DNA of 64,000 bases from contig CBFFRQ010000064.1 of NCBI GenBank assembly GCA_965644315.1, positions 186,001 to 250,000 of the forward strand. Direction: 5' to 3'. This DNA is from Caecitellus pseudoparvulus. Taxonomy: Eukaryota; Protista; Bigyra: Bicosoecida. The translations under genes were made by a program, and so were the position numbers. This document shows, in pieces, positions 45,997-58,300 of the stretch; position 1 is the first letter of the stretch, and each line of letters begins with the position of its first letter. Below the pieces are notes generated by a model, which saw nothing but the letters and a program-made list of their open reading frames with translations, had not been told where the DNA came from and searched no databases.

Positions 45997-48183
45997 ATGC
46001 CAACTAGAACTAGAAATCGACGAGCTAAGGCCGCTGGGGGCGCGCCTTCAGTGGATGCTGCCAACCAAGGCAGTGTGGCCAAACGAAGGCGCGGCAAGGC
46101 TGGGAAAGGCGGCCGGGGTGAGGCTCTAGATGATGACGAAGAGGGCGACGTGGTAGTGATGTTTTGGACGAAAGGAACAGGCAAGCATGCGCCTTTCCTG
46201 CGCAAAGACGGCAAGTGGCAGCGCCGCCTGGACGCCCGCACAGCTGCTCTGCTTGGGCTGCGCGGCGCCGAGGCCCAGCGCACGAGCTATCTGGAGGAGG
46301 CGGAAGACGACGATAGCCGGCAGTCCTCTGGACTTCGTACCTTTGTGGCGCGTGTTGCATCTTGGGTGTATGAGAACGGCTCCTCCAACTCAACTGGCAT
46401 GGTGGACCACTTGGCACGCGAGTATTCGGAGCTGTCCGGGGATGGCAAGTCCAGCAAGGGCGGGAAGGACGCGTCCAGCATGGACGACCGCAGCGTCAGG
46501 CGGAGAGTGTACGATGCTTTGAATGTCTTGGACGCCATAGGCGTCGTGCGCAAGACCAGCTCCGCCAAGCGCGAAGCGGAGTGGGTGGGCTACCTTCGCC
46601 AGGGCACTCCTGGCGACATCGCTCAAACCGTCACCTCACACATTCGGCATGTTCAGCGGGTGCACACCAAGCTACGCAGACTTCGAGAGTTGCTCTCTTC
46701 AATCGTGGCCATGAAGCAGCTGGCAAAGCGCAACTCTGATGCTGGTTCAGAAGATACGCGTGCTGACCGGAAGCTCTTCCCACCGTTTTTGTTGTGCGCT
46801 GGGCCCACAGACATGAGTGTGAGGGCCAGGGCTGTCGCAGCTGATCCAGCATCGTTTGGCAGTGCGTTGCCGGCACAGTACCCAACTGCGGATTCCATCT
46901 CAGCCGTCGAGTTTGCGCTGAGCCACCCGCCGACAGTGCTGGACGATGTGGCAGCCTTGCACAGCATGGGCTTGGGCCTGCCTCCTGTGACGCCACAACA
47001 GGTCTATGGTGCGGATGGCCAAGGTAGTGCCGCAGGGACCTCCGCGCAGACGCTGCCTGCCGCGGCAGCAGGGCTTCCTGAGGCACTCCGCCGGTGGACA
47101 GCCCCATCCGCGCTGGCTGCAGCTGACGCAAGTGACCACGCTCTGTTTTTCTTGGAGCAGTCATTTAAGGATGCGGCTGTGGACGTCGGTGCGCCGAGTG
47201 GGGAAGATCCGGCGCCTGAAACGTGTTCTGGGGCCCCCACGACAGTCTTCGCCGTTGGCGGCGACAGCCCGGAGGCGGAGGTTGCACAGGCACAGGCCCG
47301 CTTGTACTCGCCGCCCCACATCCATGAGCTGTTGACAGCCATCCTTGTGGAGGATGCAAGTACGCGTGCAGACGTGAAAGAGCAGCTGGCTGCTGCCATG
47401 GAGGCAGAGGCGCGCACAAGTGCTGCCATCCGCCGACACAAGCAGGCGGGGCGCGGAGGGCGCGGCGGCCTTGGTGGGCGCAAGCGCACGAACGCTGGCG
47501 CGGACGCCAAATCTCAAGCTGTGTACAGTGAGCACATCCAAAGCCACAGCGCCAAACGCAGTAAGGCTTCAGCTCCACAAGGTGGTGTTTTGCCCTGGCA
47601 AACACACAGCCAGGGTGTAGGCCTTGGCGCTGACGCCTCGCTCGGCTGGCATTCTCAAGCCGGTCCTTTCTTGGGGTTCGATGCCCATGGCGGTGTCGGC
47701 CTGCCTCATAGCATGCCTGGGCCCGTCTCGTCAAGTATGCTGTCTGCTGGCGCACAGGCGCTGTCACAAGGGGCCCACCTCGCTCGGGCCATGGCGAGCC
47801 AAGCAGGGGGTGCAGGACACCGTGGCTTTGTCGGCTTCCAAGGTGGGGCTTGGGGCGGCCCACCAGCCAGTGCTGCCTCCACGACCCCCTCTGGCAGTGG
47901 CACTCGCAGAGTCGCCTCCACTCCCCGAACCGCGGCAGCAGCAGCGGTGTTGGCGGGGGTGTCCCCGCGCACGGCAGAGGCAGCCGCGTCAATCGCCCGG
48001 CTGACACAACGGGCACGGGCAGGGACGCCACCTGGACGCCACGGTGCTGCTTCCTTGCTGAGCCCAAGCACGACATCAGCTGCCGCAGCTCTGGTGCGCG
48101 TGGGTAGTCTCGGCAAGGGAAGCAGCCAGTCGTCAAACTCCAGCGGCACTGGCTCCGGTGTCGTGCGCACGATGGAGCTGTGA
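45997..48183 (+). CDS. DP-family (E2F dimerisation partner) transcription factor, 728 aa
   Basis: GLRTFVARV...winged helix with the DP-type DEF box SVRRRVYDALNVL, then a coiled coil, LFPPFLL and LDDVAALHSMGL of the DP domain; long low-complexity C-tail. Confidence 0.88.
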   Translation: MPTRTRNRRAKAAGGAPSVDAANQGSVAKRRRGKAGKGGRGEALDDDEEGDVVVMFWTKGTGKHAPFLRKDGKWQRRLDARTAALLGLRGAEAQRTSYLEEAEDDDSRQSSGLRTFVARVASWVYENGSSNSTGMVDHLAREYSELSGDGKSSKGGKDASSMDDRSVRRRVYDALNVLDAIGVVRKTSSAKREAEWVGYLRQGTPGDIAQTVTSHIRHVQRVHTKLRRLRELLSSIVAMKQLAKRNSDAGSEDTRADRKLFPPFLLCAGPTDMSVRARAVAADPASFGSALPAQYPTADSISAVEFALSHPPTVLDDVAALHSMGLGLPPVTPQQVYGADGQGSAAGTSAQTLPAAAAGLPEALRRWTAPSALAAADASDHALFFLEQSFKDAAVDVGAPSGEDPAPETCSGAPTTVFAVGGDSPEAEVAQAQARLYSPPHIHELLTAILVEDASTRADVKEQLAAAMEAEARTSAAIRRHKQAGRGGRGGLGGRKRTNAGADAKSQAVYSEHIQSHSAKRSKASAPQGGVLPWQTHSQGVGLGADASLGWHSQAGPFLGFDAHGGVGLPHSMPGPVSSSMLSAGAQALSQGAHLARAMASQAGGAGHRGFVGFQGGAWGGPPASAASTTPSGSGTRRVASTPRTAAAAAVLAGVSPRTAEAAASIARLTQRARAGTPPGRHGAASLLSPSTTSAAAALVRVGSLGKGSSQSSNSSGTGSGVVRTMEL

Positions 48184-48212
48184 AAGGTGTTGTGTGTGCC
48201 AGCGGGGCCGAG

Positions 48213-48220
48213 AATGCATT
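48213..48220. terminator. Palindrome AATGCATT, candidate bidirectional 3'-end signal
   Basis: In the 47-bp gap between the convergent DP and TAF2 stops. Confidence 0.45.
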
Positions 48221-48230
48221 TTTGGATCCT

Positions 48231-51200
48231 TCACAAGTCCTCTCCTTCGCTGTCCGCTTGTTCTCCACGAAGGGCCTCCCCAGCGTCGCCCGCGTCCACG
48301 CGCTGGGCCTTGGCACGCTCGCCTGTCTCCGGCGGCCCAGGTGCGACGATGGGTTCCTCCTCCGCCATCTCCATGGCCTCGTCAAAGCTTGGTCCGTCGT
48401 GCTGAAATGCTGCGAAATCCATGACATCCAATGCCGCTTCTTCCCCTGCCAGCTCCAGCGTTTCGTCTTCCTCCTCTTCGTACGCCTCCTCCTCTGAGCT
48501 CTCGGCTGGAAGCGCGGCCTGCCCGGCAACCGTGGACGATGCCTCCGCTGCTGGGGTTGAGGCAGCTGCGGCAAGCGCTGCGGCTGCGGCAGCCGCTTGC
48601 TGGGCTGCAGCTGCCTCAGCTTCCTTGGCTTGCTTGGCTTGTCTGTTTTCCCTGGCGATGGAGTCTGTGGCGCCTTCCTCAGCCTCGTCCTCTGTCATGT
48701 CAAAGCGACCTCCCACCCGGGGTCGTCGAGGCAAGCAGCCGTCAGCGGCACAGGCTGCGGCAATCTGGGCGTACTGGGCATCTGCAAGGAGGAACAGCCG
48801 CATGGTGGTCATGGCCCGGGAGTGCTTTGCGGGGTCTGGCCGAGGTGCCGGGCGGATCTCTCGTGTAGCTTCGCCCCACAACCACGCAGGTGTGTACCGT
48901 CCCCACATCGCGTGCCACATCGTGTTCACTTCGCCCCAAAGCGTCGGCAAAGCCTGCATAGCAGAGAAGGATGTCAGGGCTCCCCACAGCGCCCTCACAG
49001 TCAAGCGGGCATCTGCCAAGGCTGCTTGGGCAGTTGGGTGGCCGTCAGTCACATGCCCCTCACCGCCATGCTCAGCAGCCATGCCGGCCCAGGAGACGGC
49101 TCCCCGCACGCCTGCCATTGGGCCACCGGGTGGAACAATGACAGGCACCTCTTCCCCTGCCGCATACGCCACTGCGCAAGCCATGCTGGGGTCAGCCAGC
49201 GGTAGCAAGCAGCTGCGAGTGTGGGGTCTGGCAGCGCGCCGTCCCCACAAGTTTGCCAGGCCAGGAGGCAACCACGGGTCTGCTGGGGTGCCCAGGCCAA
49301 ACTGAAGGGGAGTCACATCCGGCGCTGGTGCGCCAAACGTGCCGGCTGCTGGTACATCTGCCGCCTCTGCGCCCAGGAAACGCCGATCGCCACCTGTCGC
49401 AGCTCCAGCACCCCCTCCTCCCTGCTCTTGGCGCCGCCGGGCCCGCATGCGCGCACGACCGGCAGCAACGGCCGACAAACGTGCCTTCTGGCGCTGCACT
49501 GCAGTGCTGTCGATGAGCTCTGTGAGCTCCACGGGCAGCTCCGGTGCAACGTTCAAATCAGCGTCGTCCACACCAGCGAGGCCATAGGCTCCGTGGCCTG
49601 CTCGCAGGGATGCGTTTGCATGGCCAAACATGCCTTGCGAAAGGCTCGGAAAGGCTGCCGCTGCTTGCACCGCCGAGCAAACGCACCAGCGAACCCAGGC
49701 GTACCAAGCCTGTGTCGCGGGGTCCTGTGCCCACTGTACAACCTCGGCATGGGGTGGGATGGGCACTTTGGTGGTGGGGGGCAGGCTAGCATCCCCTTCT
49801 GGCGTGGGCAGCACCACGGTGGGGATGGCCTTCTGCGAATCCTGGCCCTCGCCTGTATGGCGCCAGGCGCTGGAAAGGAAGGCAGCTGGCGGAGGAGGGG
49901 GGTGCAAGGCTTCTGGTGCCACTCGGCCATCCCACAGCGTGGCCCAGGCTGCCAGACGGGCCCGCTGGGGGACCCGGGGGTTGCTAGCGACAGCCATGAT
50001 GGCCCCCTCCGGCATGGGCGCAACAGACGCGCCATCCAGCAAGCCAACTGAGTACAAGGCGGCGCACAGCAGGGCCCCCTCCAGGGCCGGGTCCTGCGTC
50101 AGCCACTCACGAAGTGTATGATCAGGCGTTCCCTGCAGCTGGTCGCCGGAGCAAGGAGGCGAGCGCGGCTCCTCACTGGCGTCGCCTGGCATAGAGTCGT
50201 ACACGCGCAGCAGACGGTGCAGGACTGCGTGGGCGAAGCGGGCCACGACAGCTGGATCGCTGCCCGGCTGCCGCCATGCCAGCCAGGGGGATTCCGGGAC
50301 CCCACGTGCGCCGACTGCCGGCAGACCGCAGGGGGTGTCTGCCTCTGCGCGGCGTGCGATGTCAGCCGGCAAGCCGCCCTTGCCGCCCGTGGACACCAAG
50401 TGCTCCCAGCGCATGGGCTCCAGCAGCGGCTTCAACAGAGGGTGGGTGTTGCGGATCGGCACGGCAAGGTGAGCTGCCTGGGTCTGTGAAGGAGCCTTGC
50501 TCTGCACACTGTCGGCCGCTGCCGAGGCCATGCCGGTCAGTAGGGAGGCCAGGGTGGGGGTGTAGGCCGTGAGCACTGGCAGGGCGTGGCCGGAACCGTT
50601 GAAAGCAGTCCCCGCCAGAGAGGCGGCAGCCACACGCACCCACACATCAGCCGTGGCCAAGGGCGCTGCCAGGATGCCGTCCACAGCACAGGGCCAGCTA
50701 GGCTCGGCCAGGCCGACCCACTCATCGGCGCGCACATCGCCAGCGACGCTGAGCAAGAAGCGCAAGGCAATGGGCGGCGTGACGCCATCCTGTGAGCGCA
50801 AGCAAGCCATGCCCGTCAACAGAGCACGCTGCACGATGCTTTGCGCACGAATCTGCCCCACACGTACGCCTGTGCTTCCGGCGAATGTGCGGTGGGTGCG
50901 AATGCTCATTTCCGCGTCGCCGCCGCCCTTGACGCCAGCGGCGTTGCCGTCTGCGCCGCGCTTAACGCCGCCCATAACCTGGCTTCGGAGAGAGCCCTTG
51001 GACGAGTGCACCGAGGCGGCGGTTCCTGCAGTGGGACCCATGCCCTCACCGTGTGTCAGCGCCTCAGCCAGCACTGCTTGCATGGCTGTGACGACTGACG
51101 AGGGCTCCGTGAGCCCCAGTTGCTTCAGCACCTGCAAGGCGGCATCGTCGGCCTGCTTGGCAGCGGAGCCCGCGCCGGTCGCACTGTCGCCCTTGCCCGG

Positions 51201-54200
51201 CTGCCCCCCTGAAAGGTCCAGCACACCCCTCACCGCAGCCTCTGCCCCGTCGCTGCCGAAGAGCGGCAACATGTGCTGCCTGCCCACGATGGATGCCAAC
51301 AGGGACACGCGCACTGCCACGTTGGCGTTGGGCAGTGCGGAGAGCGGCAAGAAATGCTTCTGCCCCGGGTGGAAGAACATACCCGCATATCGCGCTGCGA
51401 GCAGGGCCATGCCCACGCCTTCACGTTGCCGCAGGCGGGTGAAGGGCAGACCAATGGCGGGCAGGCGCCAAGACTGCCACTGGGCGAGGGCGGCAGCCGC
51501 AGCTGCGCGCACGGCGGGATGAAAGCGCCCCTTGGCATCTTCCAGGACGTGGGACAGCAGCATGGCGATGTTATCCTGCATCTTTTCAGAGACACCACGG
51601 TCGTACCACTCCGACCCTACGCCAATCTCGTCCACGTCCGCCCTGGCGATAATGTTCGACTCGGCCTTGGTCTTGGCCTTGGGGTAGCACTTCGTCAGCA
51701 CGAGGCCCAACGCTGCCACGGCGTCCAGGCGAGCGATGACGTGCTTGTCGCGCCGCAGTTGCTCGTACCACATGAAGGGGGGCTGCCGGATGTGTGCCCG
51801 CCGGAGCAGGGTGCGCTGAGGGTCAAGTTGAACCCACAGAATGGGCGTGTCGTTGGTGGTGTCACGGTCCACCCGCTTGATCTTTTTGGTGTAGTTGTAA
51901 TCACGTTTGGTGCGCTTCCGCATGTTGCCGCGCTCGTACAGCTGGCGCACCTTCTCGTGGCACTTGATGGAGATCATCTGACGAGGCTCTGTGAGTACTT
52001 GCTGGTACATGGAGCTCTTGCTGATCTCCTGCACGCGGATGGGCACTTCCACCGTCAAGACACGCATACCCGGCGACGGCGTCTGCTCGAACACCAGGTC
52101 GGCTTCGTTCTTCTTGCGGTTGTAAAAGTACGCCGCAGCGATGGACCCTGCGCCGGTCCCATGAATCCAGGTGCGGAAATAAGAATCCACCCGCTCAGCA
52201 ATGCCTGCGCCGCCCGCCGCCACCAGCGCCTCAGCGAAAGAGCGTGTGCTGACAACGTGCGCGCGGTGCACTGCCGCACATCCTTCCGCATCTTGCAGCG
52301 CAGTGGGCGCGCACGGGGCGCCGCCAGTGGCTTCTTGCTCAGGGGCCCACCACAGCTCGTACGGCAGGCCAGCTGCGCTGCCACCATGAACAGTGTCCAC
52401 AGCAGAGGGGCGCTGCAGCCCCAGCTGAGACAGCTGGGCGCTTTTTGCGCTCTTCGGGACCGCTCCGTGTAGCCAGGACTTGTGGTGGGCGCCCACTGGA
52501 GCGAGACTGCGCAGCGCCAGCTTCGTGCCACAGGCAGGCGAGTCCAACACTGGGGCGATGGCGGAGGGTGGCATCGTCTGCCTGTCCCACACTACCGGAG
52601 CTGCCCCTGCCGCTGCTCTAGCAGCATGCTGCGCCATGAGGCCTCGCGCGTGCGCAGCCCCCAGCAGCAGCTGCTGCACCGCTTCCTGCACCACCACCAC
52701 TGTGAACAGCTGGGACAGGGCGTGCATGGCCAGCGTGGCCTTCAGCGCCAGGAGCTGCTGCCGCACAGGCCCCGCTGCCGTGATGGGGTCCACACGCTGA
52801 GGACAGCTGAAGTCCCCGCCGTCAGCCACCAGGGGCAAGCCTGGCAGGGGGGCGGGCTCTGCTGGGCACAAGGGCAGGGCGTCTCCATGCAGCTCCTCCA
52901 GTGCGGTGGCTGCCTGCATCATGCCGTTGATGCGCACGTAGTACTCGTCCTCGTTGGAGAGGGACTTGATGTAGAGCAGGGCCAGCCAACCCTGCAGGCC
53001 AGTAATAATCCACTCATCTCGCCAGGAGGCAGCCGACAGCAGGCCCGACGCGCCTATCCACGCCCCAGAGGCGCCAGCCGCCATGACACGACGCACATCC
53101 AGCGCGGCATCTGGCCACCGAGATGACGCCATGATGGAGGCGGGCAACGCACAGCCGCCGGGGAAGGGCGCGTACTCCAGCGCTCCCAGCGCGGCACTGG
53201 CAAGTGGCCCCTCACCCGCCGGCGCCGAGGCCACGGTGGACGGCGCCTGGCTACGCGTCACGAGAGAAGGGAGCACCACCTGCTTGTAGGCAGCCGCAGG
53301 CAGCGGCAGGCCTGTCCAGGACTGCATGAACTGCAAGATGGCCTTGTACTCGACTCCCTTGTGCAGTGGGGAGGCCTGGACTGCGATGCTGTGCAGTGGC
53401 GGGAACACGGGGGCCCCTGTGGCGCTGTTCTTGGACAGGGCGCACACCCAGTGCGTCACAGGCGCCTTGGTGTCCAAGGCCAAGGCATCGTCCTCCCCCT
53501 CTGTGTCCTGCCCCGGCCCTGTCTGGCCGCTCGAGGCAGATGCACGGGACACAACGTGGGAGGGCGAGAAGCCGCCAGCAGAGGCAGGCTGGCCCTTCGT
53601 TGGGCCTCGAGCCCGGGAGTTGATCAAGGCGCCACCAGCATAGGGTGTCAGGAGCTCGGCAAGGACGGCAGTGGCCTCACGGGGGCGCTGGATGAAGCCG
53701 CCCGCCATGGCGTGCCACGGGCCGATGGTCAGACACACCGCGCCGGGGGCCACGGGGAGGGGCGTGACGAAGGACCAGACATCTGAGCTGGGGGTGGAAA
53801 CGTCTGTCCCAGGACCGGCCACCAGTACCGCGCTGCGGGCGAGTGATGTGCCCCGCCACAACGGTGCCACCACCGTCGCTAGCTTGTGCGCAGCGTGGGG
53901 GTGCACTGGCGCCGGAAACCAGTTGAAGACGGAGCCTGTCAGTGACCCCCCGTGGGCGTCGTTGACTTGAGCCCCGCCATTCCCCGCATATAAGTATGTT
54001 GAAAGCTCCTCGGGGCTGCCTGTGGACTGCGTTGAAGCGTGGGCCGCTGCGCCAACGCCCTGGCTGAACTGCACGGCCGCCCCGTGGCTGCCCTCCACCT
54101 TGAACTGCACACGCACTGTGAAACGCAGGAGCCTGGCTGGCTCCCCTGGTATGCTGGACATCTGCGTGACTTTCTGCCGCGGCAGCGTCACCTCCAGCCG

Positions 54201-54651
54201 CCCACCGCTGCCCCCAACACAGGCGTCAGCAAGGGCATCCAAGTCCCGGCGGCCTACCAGAGCGCTGGTCTTGATGCCAGGCTTGGACACCGAAAAAGTC
54301 ACGGGCAGGCCATCCAATAGAACTCGCTCAATACTGCAGAGCGGCGCTGTGAGCACCAGTCTGTGCAACGGGGAGCAGGGACCGAGTCTGTGCCGCTGCG
54401 GAAACTGGGTTGGCAGCCGGCGCTGCATGGCAGTTCCCAGCAGAAGCAGGGGACCGAAGGCAGCAACTTACTGGGATGGGAGCTGGTTAGCTACATAAAC
54501 GAGGTCAGTGTACCCCTCGATGACACGGTGAGCCAAGTCTGTCGCAGGTCCGGGTGCAGCTGCGCGTGCAATCTGCCGCGCAGTCAAGTTCCGCTCCTGG
54601 GCACGCACCAACTCGAAGGTCAAGGGCCTGAAATACCACTTCCGCGGCCAT
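48231..54651 (-). CDS. TAF2: TFIID subunit 2 (aminopeptidase-like fold), ~2080 aa; exons 54651-54609, 54538-54472, 54360-48231
   Basis: Spliced N-terminus VFQALDLRVDLAHRVIEGYTDL; SWRDEWIITGL, YNRKKN, PILWVQLDP..RQPPFMWYEQLRRDKHVIARLDAV match TAF2. Confidence 0.88.
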
Positions 54652-55305
54652 GGCGACAGTCCCCTGTGTTTCTCAACAGCCTTATCCAGCTTCCCACTCG
54701 TGAGGGCCTGTCAATGGCCGCTGGTGTACGCCAACCGCGCTGGACCAACGAGCGTCAGAGTTGGTACTGGCCTGCCTCCACCTGCAGGCTGAACTACACC
54801 ACCAACCTCACGCCTGTGCAACACACACCTTCCAAAGCATGTGCTGGCTGCGAAGAGATTGGGGTGAAGGATTTGAGCAAGGGGCGTGTGTGGTCATGAC
54901 CTTCTTTGCAGGAGGTCGGCAGGGAAGGCGCCCACTTGAAAGGCACGTGCAGCGCCCGCCGCTCGCCAAAACGAACCCAAGAGCAACTCTGGGTAGGTGC
55001 AACAATCAGCTTCTGCTGCACGGCCTGCCCCTCTCCCAGGTGCGTACGGACGGCACGGTTGCGAAGGACTACCGCCGCCACGGCGACTGAGCTCGAAAAC
55101 GCTGTCCACAGCCGGCTGGAACCCCGACTGTCGCAAACCGGCACCAGCAGAGCGCTAATCGGCCAGGCTGTCAGCTCAAAGGCAGTTTTGTGCAGTGATC
55201 ACCCTCTTGTGGATCAGGTGTGGCCCTCGTCCCCCAGGCAGCTGGCTGAGTGCAGCACGGAGACAACCAGGCCTCGCTTCGTTGTGCGCCAAGGAGAGCT
55301 GAGCC

Positions 55306-58300
55306 ATGCCTTCCTCTGCTACGTCCGTGCCGGACTCGACTGCAGCGGTGGGGGGGCTACAAGCCCAAAAAGGCTACCTGCAGCTCCTCTTTGAACTTTC
55401 AGGGGGCTACCGCATGCCTCGCTACGTACTGCTCGTGCTGCTGGCCATCCGGTTCGGGCAGCAACTGTCACTTGGCTTGATCGTGGCAGCTGCCAGCAGT
55501 GACAGCCGGTGGCTCGGTAGTATTGCCCGCTGGGGCAGCTTCCTGTCATTTGCCCGCACTGATGTCATGCACGGCGCCAGTGTGTACTTTGGTGCGCTCA
55601 TTGCCTCCTTTGTGTGGCAAGCGGCGTTGCTCGGCGGCTGCCTCCTGCTGTACCTGTGGATCGTCCGGTGAGTGCGCACGTCTCGCTTGCCATGAGTGCG
55701 CAACGAGGACTCTTCATCCCGCCCCCTGCATCGGCGGAGGTGGCGGAAGGGGGCTGCTAAGCCCGTGAAGTCGCGTGCTTGGGCTGTCGCTGCGACCCCG
55801 CACACTCGCACGCATTCCCTCCTCGCAGCGCCGCCGGGGACGCCCAGAAGCTCGTGGCAGTCCGGAGATCCGTGCTTCCTCAGATTCTGCGCAGCATGCT
55901 GTTTGTGAATGCCCTGGTGCTTCTCATGCCGGTCGTCTCGCTGTCGTCGCGACTGCTTGTCTGCAACGGAGGCGATTCGCCGCGTTCAGATGTAGCATTC
56001 TCCCTCGTGGAGCCGGTTGCTGGCCTGGTGGACACCTCAGGTCAGGCCCTGTATGATAGCATGCAGACATCTGTTGTTCGTCAGGCGTTCGGAGAGAACG
56101 CCATCTGCTGGCAGGGTGCGCACTTGGGCCTATTCTTCGTCGCCATGGTGTTGCTGCCGCCGTACGTGGTCTTGTCAGTGTTGGGATACGTCGTCTTGGT
56201 GGACCGGGAGATGGACTCCACCCAACTGCTGGCACACGCTGATCCCCATGCAGATGTCATGGACATGAACTGGCTCGTCGCTGTCTCCTTCGCTTTCCAA
56301 GTGGCTTCTGACGTCGTGGACGTGTGGCTGGTGGATGGCCTCCTTGCAATCGGGTACTTGGCGTGGACCTGGTGGAGTGTCATCCACTCAGAGTACGTCT
56401 CGACAAACTTGAATGACTGCGTTGTTGCGGTGCTTGCAGCTGTTACGTGGACCATGGCGGGCGGCGTGACAGGCGTCGTCCTGGGCCGAGAAGTGGACGT
56501 CGGGCCCATGGTTGTCTTGGGCGTATTTGTGGCGGCCGCCTTGGGATTCTTCGTGTCGCGTGCACGTCGCACAATGGTGGTGTCCATGCCCCTCAAGCGC
56601 CTGACTCGTGTCGCAGACATCGTGCAGTGGGCTCGCCACCGAGTGCAGCTCGCCGTCGAAGGGCACAGCTCTGTTCGCTCGTACGTCATGGCCCCAGGCG
56701 AAGGCGATGGTGGCATGCTAGCAGCCCTGCTAGAAGACGATGGAAGTGAAGAAGATGACTATGTCGGCATTGCTGCGCGGCCAAGGGCTACTCAGAAGCT
56801 GGGGGGCGGTGCGGACAGCGTGTTCGGTGGTGCCCAGCTGCACGGCAACACCAGGGCGCTCATCAGCGACGCAGAAAAGGGCTACCAGCTGCTGGTGAAC
56901 CAGCACCCACGCTCGGCGCTGGCAGCGCTGCATGCAGCACTATTCTACAAGGCCACAGGCGTCAGCAAGAACGGCTACCTGGAGCTGCGTATGCTGGCTC
57001 GGGCTTGGCGCCTCAGCTCTGCCTGGGACGTGCGCCTGGTCGTCGTGCTGCGGACGTGGCACGTGACGTTCGACTCAAACTCGTCCCCGTCCGGCACGGC
57101 TGGGATGGTGGAGTCGTCGTCCGTCATGGGCGCCGATTTGTCTGGCATGCAGCGCATCGTGTACGACCACCACCAGACGGCGGCGCGTAGCGCTGAGACG
57201 TCCGCATACCACACCATGCACACAGCCTTCTCAAAACTGCAGCTAGCAGACGTGGACTTGGAGTCCCTGCACACACTGGCCATGAACTTTGCCGATCACC
57301 GCCGCACGGCTGACACGCATTTCAAAGCCATGCTGACCATGAACCCGACGTCCCCGGAAGTCCTGCGTGCCTACGCGGCGTTCTTGACACGGTCCTTCCA
57401 AGAGGAGCATGTGGCAGTTGCCTTGCTGAGCAAGGCCGAGCGCCTCGAGGCGACAGCTTCCAGGGTGCACGTGCACAAAGTGAACGACTTCCTGCCAGGC
57501 AGCGAAGGCGGCGACTCGCGTGGGGATTCACACTGGGGCGTGCAAGGTGGTGCGAGCACTGCTTCAGCAGCCCTGGACGACAACTCCGCTGTGCTGGTGC
57601 TGAGTGCTGGCGAGCTGGATTTCGGGGACATCATTGCGTGCAATGCGGCCTCCTGCCGCATCTTCGGCAGGGCGCGTTCCGAGATGCTGGGAGCCAACGT
57701 GCGCGTTCTGGTTCCGGCGCCCTTCAACCAGCTCCCCCTGTCTGACATGGAAGGGTTCGCGCGCAATGCGACTGACTTCCTGGACAAGTGGCACTACATG
57801 GTGGGCATCCATGTGAACGGCACTCTCATTCCCGTGCGCGCAATGCTGCAGGCGGCCCCCCCAGCCATCTCTGGCGCCTGCGACCCTCGCTTCGCCCTGG
57901 TGTGCCAGCAGCTGCAACTTGCAGACGTGCAGGGGGTGGCCATCGTGCGTGGGGCAGCTGCTGATGACAGCCTGTCCCTGGCACATGCCTCCACAGGCAT
58001 GCACCACTTGCTGGGCATTGACGCGGCCACCGTGGCAGAGTACGATCTGCCCATCGGCGCGTGGATGCCCAGCTTGGACCGGGCGTGGAGGGGGGAGCCC
58101 CTGCACGGCAGAAAGTCAACGACAGCTGCTGCGACAGGCTTTGCTGAGGATGCGTATGCGTGGCGGCACGGGCGCGGGAAGGGCCACATGGGCATTCGAC
58201 ACCGCTCCGCGGGCGGGCAGGCAGTGGACGCACCACCCCGGCACCGGCGGGGTTCGACTGGCGGGCAGGCACATGGTGGCCGCAGGCGCAGTCACAGGGC

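Noticed and set aside
54652-55305. Possible small gene between TAF2 and the TmcB-like gene (also 14356-14971)
   Set aside because: No convincing ORF or splice model; treated as divergent promoter regions.
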